From Auanema rhodensis (Eukaryota; Animalia; Nematoda), in NCBI GenBank assembly GCA_964057225.1, contig OZ059897.1, forward strand, positions 7,936,001 to 8,000,000: 64,000 bases of DNA, read 5' to 3'. A program made the translations under genes and the position numbers. This document shows, one piece after another, positions 9,908 to 19,319 of this stretch; positions within the stretch are counted from its first letter, which is position 1; each line of letters starts with the position of its first letter. The notes under the pieces are model-generated. The model saw nothing but the letters and a program-made list of their open reading frames with translations. It was not told where the DNA came from and did no database searches.

Positions 9908-12900
9908 GTGGCACGAAGATACTCTTCGGCCGTCCCTGCTCTATACCCTTCTGAGTCCAGTGACGACATCGCAGTCGCCAGTCGAACCAGAAGCCGCACT
10001 CGACTCCTCAGTGTTCAGATTGAAGAGCCTGAACAAGAGGTAAAACCCAAAGTCGAGAAAACCTTCATTCCTCGAGAAGGCACGTATTCACCTCCGGACA
10101 ACACCGAGGAGGACCCTGATTTCTATATTCAGGACTACAATATTCAAACTTCAGCTTCAACTCCAAAGGTACACTCTTTTAAAAGTAATAAAAAGATTCA
10201 AAAAATTCAAAAACCAAAACAAATAACCTCTAATACTTCACCAGCCACTCCCCACCTAAACTTATCAACTTTATCAGTTAATACTGATAACGATCTTGCA
10301 TCTTCTTTTGAACTAACTCTAACACCGCAGGCATTTTCCACTCCGATAGAAAACTCACAACTTAATAAAACCTCATCTCTCACTATTCGCAAATCACCCT
10401 TATCAGTTATCACTGATAAGCTTGATTCGAAAAAGCTTGATTCTAAAAAAATTAATAAAAGAAAAACTAATACACCGCGTAGGCGCTCAACCTCTAATAA
10501 TCCCGTAGAACCAAATCAGGAAATTACCGAAGTTTTGCCCTTATCACTAACTACTGATAAGTTCAAAAGTAAGAAATCTTTAACAGCTCGCTTAATAAAA
10601 GTTTTGAATTTGTCTCCAGGGGAGGTAACAACAGAACAAGTTGATAACTCTCTTCACGTATCCTCCAACCCAACCCTTAATAAGTCAGATAGCGCTATAC
10701 CCAGCTCAAGCGTATCAATACATTCGACGCCTCAGGCAACGAGTCGAATTATCAAACTCCCAGGGAAGCGGTTCTCCTCAGCCGCCCCTACCATTAGTTA
10801 TCCAACATCTGGTAACTCGAAAAAGGGAGGTAAGAATTTAACGGCGAGAAGCTCAGGCAGTAAAGGGATTACGTCATCTCGCACATACCCTGAGGATATA
10901 CCAACCATGACGGAGACACCACGTCTTCCGGGAGCTGGTAAATCTACCATTGCGCACGCATTAAGCTCACCTTATTGCCCCATATACGACGGAAGTCGTA
11001 ACTTTAGAGATTTCGTGGCAAAGTTTAATACCTTTTCTAACGCCTTAGGCTTAGTGATGCCCGAAAGACTAACTATTTTACCATTACTATTGAAAAATGA
11101 TAGAGCAGAGGAAGCTTATTTAGAGCTACCTGACAAGGTCAGAACTGCTGGACCTTGGGTTACCCTAATAGAAGAGTTAACATCCAAGCTGTGTCCCGAA
11201 TACAATCAAGACCCTGCCCTTATCACACTTCAAAACAGCACTCAAGGCGATTTATCAATTGATGGTTTTGCACAAACGTTAAGAAACCTCAGCTTAAATG
11301 CTTTCTCTAATAGTGATACTCATAAAGATCACATTCTGAGGTCCACATTTTTGAGAGGCTTGAAAAATACGATACGCCCAGGGGTAATTCGAGCAAAACC
11401 CAAAACTTTTGCTGAGGCTGTTGATAGTGCTCGCTGGGAGGAATCAATTGCAAACCAAGTAGCAGACCCTCAGGCGCTATTGGTTAACGCAATTGAAAGA
11501 ACTTTCCCCCCGCGCAGAAACAATGGTGGGAGAGGTATGGCAAGAGGTTATCAATCTTTTAATAATAAAAATTATCAAAATTATAATAATTATAACAATT
11601 ATCATCCAAACTTTCAAAACAATCAAAATTATCATAAATTTTCAAAAAATCAAAAAGGCTGGAATTTCCAAAACCCATTTGCTAGGAACCGCAATTTTGG
11701 TGACCGCGGTCGAAATTATCAGAATCAAAATCAAAATGGGTATCAAAGAAGCCATAATGCATCACAAAATCAAGAAATGAGCAATAATAGACAGAGAAAT
11801 AACAGTACCTTTAGGGGAAATAACAACAATAGAGGCAGAGGTAGAGGCTCAAGAGTCAATAATTTGACTCTGATATCTCCTTTGACTTTAGCCGTAGCTT
11901 TATCAGTAATCTTATCACTGGTTACAACAGCTGAAGCATACCAGCTATGTACTAAAGCTACTGGAGGAGCCCTTCTCCGTCCCCCATCTCTCCGAAAATG
12001 CTTATTACCACCAATAAAGCATATCTTACGAACAAAAGTTCATCTTTATACAAGGAATCAAACGGCACATGAATGGGATGCATGGAGATGCTCCAAAGAA
12101 ATTCATAAAATGTGTATCAGAGACCTTTTGTTCCTTAGAGATACCAATACAACGATAGCGAGAATTGAAAAGATACCAGCTGCAGAATGCAGACTGGCAG
12201 TGAGAGATAGAAGATGGAATTGGAGTGAATTAAAGAAGATCGACAGCATAACATATGCAACTGACGAGCCTTCCTTCTCGCCAGGCCGATCTTTTAATAA
12301 TGAGCTATGTGAAGAGAAAGCCAGATTGGTTATCGAAAGAGGGGTTATGACACGGATGCCAGATGAAACTATAATCTCCAATTTAATACTAAATACTGAA
12401 GGATGCTTAGCGCATCATGGAGAATGTGCATCAGATACCTCAATCATCATATGGGAGAAACAGCCTTATGAATATCGATGCAACTATATCGACATGAGTG
12501 AATATGATGTGATAATTGGAGACGGCATTATTCTGTTACCAACCACTCAATCAGCCCTTGTAATCGATCAAAAAGAGATACCGAAGCAAATATCTTCTTG
12601 TTTTAAACAGCCAATCTTCCACACCACAACTGGCAATTACATTCTCTTACCACAGTACCCAAATGACACCAATATCCATGTTTTAATAGAGAGAGAATAT
12701 AAGAAACTTCCGGCGAAAAGAGATAAAAGAGCAATTGCGGAATGCACGGTTGAATTAAACAAGGAGTGGATACAAAAACAGGAAGATTTTGAAACTTTAA
12801 TATTAAATATTTGTCCTTATCCTTTCTTACGACCGGTGATGAGTAATCCTGGTATTTATCAGATAATACCGCTTATAAAGGCCAGACGAGCTGTCAACCC

Positions 12901-15900
12901 TTCATATTCAATTATTGACTGGGTTTCAGCACATCCCGAGAAGTTTTATTTCTTCTTAAGAAGTCCCGTATCTGATAAATCCATACAACGTTTCCTTCAA
13001 ACATACGAAATACACGACCCTGAGGAAGCAATACTTTATTTTCTTGCGCAAAAGGAACTGGCAGCAACCACTCGCGGCGCTATACGGTATTTAACCTCAC
13101 AACAATTATTAGAACAGATAGGTGACAGATTAACAGCACACGAATTTGACGAAAAACTGCTAGAAAAAGACGGATCCTACCGTGAAAGAGCCGAAAGCAT
13201 AGCGATGGAGTTAGCTTATACACCGGTAATATTTGAAAACAATCTGTCGGTACCATCAAGGCAAGAGGTTTTAAAATCCTTTGTGAACATGCCGCCGATC
13301 CGACCAACTCTAACAACTGACAATGCTGATGAGCGTATAGTACTTAGAAACACTCTTTACTTATACCATAACTTGATGACATTGCGAGTAATAAGGCCAA
13401 ATAAAACAGCAGCAGCCGTAGATGATGAAAAGTTCCGACAATTAACAATCAATGTGCCAGATACCAACAAATTATATCGAGATAAAGATTCTAACTACGG
13501 TATATCGATAGGGCCCCACCCTCGCATTCAAAACCCAAGCGCAGATACACGCCAGCTACTTATAAAAACATTTTTACCACTGTTAGAGGATATTGAAACA
13601 CCGCCTTATCTGACTAGAAGACTGTCATTAACGACAACAACGGACAAACCCGCTTCACTAGTTCAGGAGACAACTAAAAGCCATACGACTCGGATTCCGA
13701 CGACAACCACAGTTGAGACGACAACAGCCGCGATAACTACGACTCTCTCGCCAACAACATTAGCAACAGTCACTGACACGGCGTCACGAATCTTAAGGAA
13801 ACAAAGAACATCATCTCCACCCGTAGAAACCAGAGAAATTCAGGCTCAGGCAACGTATACAGCGTCAAAAGTGAACAACGAAATACAATTCAACCTCAAC
13901 GTATCTCGCAGAATAGCTCAAGATCATCTACAATATACAACAACACTCATACAAGAAGAGCTACAGAAACATTTCATGGAATCTTATGAATCCATATGTG
14001 AGATTCAAAATAGATACCTCGAGCTATGGCGTTCTATTTTACACATAGAACCTACAATAGCAATGAGGACTATTTTAGGAAGAGAGGATATTGCAGCCCG
14101 TTTCGTAGGCAGCGATATAGTTCATGTTCATATATGCCTACCTCTTCAACCTAAAGCTGTTTATCATAATCATAAGATCAATGATACATGCTATTTGGAA
14201 ACACCAGTAATAACAGAAGATGAGAGATTATATTTTGCTGCTCCAGGATCAAGAGACTTATTAACACATGGAAAAGAGATAGATTGCGAACATGTACCCA
14301 CAGATGTATACTATCAAAATGGAGAATGGATAAATATAAATGGATCGGTTGAAGTAAAACCAATATCACTCTTTGATAAAGCGCAATACCACCAATTAAC
14401 ACCTTTAAAGTTCACAGGCGCTAACTTATACACCAATTTATCATTGAGAGTTTACTCAATGTCAACAGCTATTGCATATGGAGCAAGTTTAGCATCCATA
14501 CGACAGAACCATGTTTTACATACTATTCACAACGATCCAAAAATTACGTCCGCCTTTAATCTTTTGAAAAAGGGCAGTGACTATATCTCTAAAGCAGCTG
14601 AGTTCACAACTTCCGCCTGGACTAGCGTAAAGCAATTTCTAATAGGATCAATTGAGAGAACACTCATCTTCATAGGATCAATGGTTACGATTGCCGCAGT
14701 ATTAATAATTCTTTTCGTTGTTGCTAAATTTTGGTTCTTCAGAGCCACTCCACTAACCGTAATGCATGTCCACGAAATAGATAATGAGCCCCCAAGCTAT
14801 GAAGAAACATTGGAACTTGTAAGCCGCCCAGACCAACAGATGCCAGATAACATCATGAAGCAATACTATCCTGCTTTAGTAACATTTATTCCAATCGCAA
14901 TACCATTTGTTGCTTCTATTGTATCAGCGGAAACAAAGTTACCATTAATATATATATCAGTTGAAGATAAACTGATTTTAGCTTTATGGGATTCAGGCTC
15001 ATCAGTGTCATATGTTAGGCTCTCCACCCTCAAATATCTGAACATGGCCGAAAATGTCAAGAAGAGACATTTAGTAGCGATGGCAGCCAACAAGTCCACT
15101 TTCACATTTTATGGAAAGATAAATCTTGTAATTGAAATTGCCGGTTACGAGATCGAACACACCTTTTTGGTCTCAAACGATCATGACTGTCCTGCTCCCG
15201 CTTTAATTGGACTAGATTTCATGAAAGCGCTTGACAGCGAAAACATCGACGTCAGCCTTAAACCATCCAAGAAGAGGTTGGAGATTGGAAACAATGCCAT
15301 CCCATTAATAGGAAACGAATCTATTAAGCATACGGAGATAACTGTGAATATCATTAATTTAAGAACAAAAACATTAAAGCCTGATGAAGAGGCACCTATC
15401 CCAATAAAGACAGATAAACCACTAGAATCTAACGAAGTGGTTGTCTTAGGGGATAGTGGAAGCGCATTAAAATCATTATATCCAACTGCGTTTCGTGATA
15501 CCAGTGGAGTATATGTTATGTTCCGTAACAATACCGATGAAACAATAGCTATGGAAGCTAATTCAGTCATCGGACAGGCAATAATTGGAGAAATTCCGGC
15601 TTGTGAACCCTTTAAGCATAAGCCAATTCTACCATATGTTCCGCCAGAGGCCGATTGGGAGAGTAAACTACCATATTTTCCAAGAGACTTCATAAAAGAT
15701 CTTGATCTAGAGAATGCTGATCTCACGAAAGAAGAAAAACATGAGCTTACAAAAATAATTGAAAGCCATCGTGAGGCATTTCTTAACGAGGACAGGAAAA
15801 TAGGCTTATTTAAAGGTCCTATAGAGCATACCATACCATTGAGAACAGATATGGATATGCCAAAGCCGAGAATAACACGTATTCCCTTAGGAAAACAGGA

Positions 15901-18613
15901 AGAAATTGAAAAACAAGTCAAAGAAATGCTTGAGCAAGGCATAATAGAGCCTTCTACATCTCTATTTAATAGCCCTGTAGTACTAGTTAAGAAGAAAGAT
16001 GACACGTATAGGTTTGTGACAGATTTTCGAGCTTTAAATAATGTCACACGCAAGCAAACTTATGTCATTCCAAGCATTTCTGACATAGTTGATTTGGCAG
16101 CAGGCGCCCAATTTTTCTCAAACTTCGATTTAGTGTCAGGATTTTTTCAAATATCCTTGAGAAAATCAGATCGACCACTAACAGCATTTACGACCACATC
16201 CGGCACATACCAGTACAAACGGATGCCGATGGGCCTTTGTGGAGCCCCTCATACCTTTCAAACAGCAGTAAGGTATTTGCAAAGTAAATGTTCTTGTAAA
16301 CTATTTGTTTATTTGGACGATCTATTAGTTATATCTGATACAAGAGAACAACATCTCAAAGATATCGATGATTTACTGCAAGCAGTAGAAGAATTGGGAA
16401 TGAAGATAAAGCTTAAGAAATGCGCTTTTGCTCAACCAGAAGTGAAATTTCTAGGACTTATTGTAGGACGTCAAGGTATAAAACCTGACCCTCAAAAAGT
16501 CGCCGCCATACAAGATTATCCGGCACCAAAGAATGCAACAGGTGTACGAGCATTCTTGGGAATGGTTGGATTCTTTCGCAAATTCATGAAAGATTTTGCA
16601 CGTATCGCAAGCCCTTTATACGATCTGACAAAGGCAGATACTGAATTCAAATGGGAAAACAAACATCAAGAAGCTTTAGACCTCCTTAAAAGAAGTTTAA
16701 TACAGGCACCCGTTTTAAGCCCACCTAAATCGGACCGCTTGTTTATAGTTGAAAGCGACGGTAGTAACATCGCCATAGGTGCTGTATTATTACAACCGGA
16801 AGATCCAAAACAACCTCTGAAAAATCTACACCCTATCGCATTTGCAAGCAGAAAACTAGTTAAAGCCGAACGTAACTACGCACCAATCGAGATAGAAGCA
16901 TTAGGCCTTGTATATGCATTAAATCAATTCCGTACATACATTCTTGGAACTCATACTATATGTATTACGGACCATCGACCTCTTACCAGCTTAATGACAC
17001 GCAGAGACTTATTTGGTCGTCTTGCGAAGTTCCAGCTGGTCATCCAAGAATATGATATTGAAATAAAATATCGCGCAGGCCAATTAAATAAAGTATGCGA
17101 TGCTCTATCTCGATATATAGGTGAAGAAGCTAACGATGCTAAGCCGGAAACAAAGAAGAAGAAAATGGAAGAAATTCACATTAACGCCATAAATACACCA
17201 ACAATAAAGGAAATTCAACTAAGCACCCCTTGGATTAAACGGACGATAGCGGAGATTGAATATAGAGCACAAAAGAACATGACAGCTAATGACAGATATT
17301 GTGTCATAAATGACTTGCTCTATACAAAACCAACAGACAAAAAGCCACAACCCGCTATCGTAATACCACAAGAACACCCCATAATTGAGGAAATAATCAA
17401 AGTTTTTCATGAGGATCCTACAATTGCAGCACATCAAGGAATTATTAAAACAAAAGAAGCAATTCTAAGAAGATTCTATTGGACAAATATGCAGAACGAC
17501 ATTACTATATTCATCAAGAACTGCATTAAATGTGCTCAAAGAAAAAAAGATCCACATTCCATGACGGTACAACCAATAGGTCATTTTGAGATACCAAGCA
17601 AGCCATTTGAACGAGTCCACATGGACGTAATGGGACCATTTCCCCCTTCAAAAAGAAACTGTACCTACGTCATTACCATGCAAGACGCATTTACAAAATG
17701 GTCAACAACAATTGCTGTACCACAAATAACAACGGAAATCACAATTGATCGATTTCTAAGACATTTCGTTTACATTTTTGGACCACCCCATCGCTTGATC
17801 ACCGATAGAGGTTCAAACTTTGTATCTAAAAAGTTCGAAGAAATGTGTACTAAACTTGGAATCAAACATGAACCAACACTACCACACCAAAAGAACTCAA
17901 ATGGACAAGTGGAAAGACTTCACCGAACCCTCGAAGAAGGATTAACCCACTACTTAAAAGAGGACCTTAGTGACTGGGATACTGTATTACCAAAAATCAC
18001 TTTTGCTATTAACAATATTCAGCACGCGACTACAGGGATTGCGCCATACATTGCATTATTCGGTAAAGAATGCAGAATGTCAATGGACGCTGAATTACCA
18101 GAAACGATCACCAAAATTCAAGAAATTTCTGAAGAATTACTCCAAAGAAGACCAGATATGGACAAGAGAGACGAAATAATAAAGAACCGCATAGCTAAAA
18201 ATCAAGAAAATGCGAAAAAGAAGAAAGATAGAACGCAAAGAGCACACCATAGAGACATTCAACCGGGCGACATGGTGATGACGACTATAAAATCACACCA
18301 AATCGGCCAAAAGCTTCGGAAAAGCTATGATGGACCATGCGAAGTCATCAACGTAGAAGGATCAAAAGTTCAAATCAGAAATTCATCAGGAAAACTACAA
18401 GATATCCACAAAGATAACTTGAAAATCTTCTCTCCTGCTTCACAAAACATCTCTTACAACACTCGCGCAAGGTTTCGAGAAAGTCAAGCAGAAGAAGATA
18501 GCGACATCGAAATAATAGAAGTGATCAACAGGAACAACAAGGATAGCATAGATACAGAGCCAGAAGATGAAAATGAAGACGAAATATGGCTTCCGAGGAA
18601 TGAAGAAGAATAA
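9908..18613 (+). CDS. Single polyprotein: S/T/K-rich extension, Gag capsid, N/Q/RG-rich region, signal peptide, gB-like Env, TM, protease, RT, RNase H, integrase (first ATG at 10907)
   Basis: Gag-CA-like [26 protein letters not shown] (10976-11440); LALWDSGS protease (D at 14990); YLDD (16310-16321); RNase H [20 protein letters not shown]..DALSR; integrase H..H..CIKC, HMD, TDRG, QVER. Confidence 0.96.
   Translation: [2901 protein letters not shown]
11864..14740 (+). other. env: Env-like region inside the polyprotein: class III (herpesvirus gB-like) fusion glycoprotein
   Basis: Signal-like [47 protein letters not shown]; furin site RDKR; [44 protein letters not shown]..TCY resembles the gB central helix region; several N-X-S/T sites; TM at ~14660-14740. 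Confidence 0.85.
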
Positions 18614-19308
18614 CAACAAGATAATGCTACGTTATTTAAATTATTGTAACAAAATAACGATGAATTAAAAAAAAAAAAAAAAAAATTAATGCTAAATAAC
18701 ATTCAAAATAAAAATAGCATTTAATAGAGATTGAGAAAGGAAAAATAAGGCAAATTCTAAACGAGGAGATGTTATGACTAATGGTTCCAAGTTACCGTAA
18801 TCCTATGCGGACTAGAGGACATTTTGACAACCATCCGAGCTCCATGTGCCTCTCCAAATAAGATGAGATGAACACTGGTAGGCGTATCAACCACAATTTC
18901 ATCTTAAGTGGTAGTCTCCATTAGTAATCAAGGATTCACTCTGGGAGACATATGGAGACACATTATTAAATCATAATCTCGGTTCAATTTAGAAATGAGT
19001 ACTTCTTGAGACCATTAGTCAAAATAATAACATATTCCCATTCATTACTAGCCCCTTTATTCTACAATCTCTATTAGGAAATGCTTGAATATTAAGATAA
19101 TTAATTTATGAAATTAATAATATTCTAATTCATCGTCCCTTCATATTATATTGAACCCTTCTTATAAATTATTGTAATTTTGTTTGTATACTAACTAAAA
19201 CTCTATCATACTATAGTTATTGTGAAGCTAAAACAATTGAACTCTAAAACTCAGTTACATATAAGCCCAAATTTTTGTTTAAAATATCGCGAGGTCGCGA
19301 CAATCTTT

Positions 19309-19317
19309 GAAAAAGGG
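19309..19317 (+). promoter_or_regulatory. Polypurine tract
   Basis: GAAAAAGGG just before the 3' LTR, preceded by a small TCGCGA-GG-TCGCGA hairpin. Confidence 0.75.
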
Positions 19318-19319
19318 CA

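Noticed and set aside
15437-15466. Second DSGS motif ([10 protein letters not shown]) as a duplicate protease
   Set aside because: I see no downstream hydrophobic-G-x-D motif like the ALIGLDF that follows the first site; probably chance.
15181-16053. 290-aa antisense ORF
   Set aside because: Shadow of the pol frame with Ser/Ile/Phe-rich composition and no recognisable motif.
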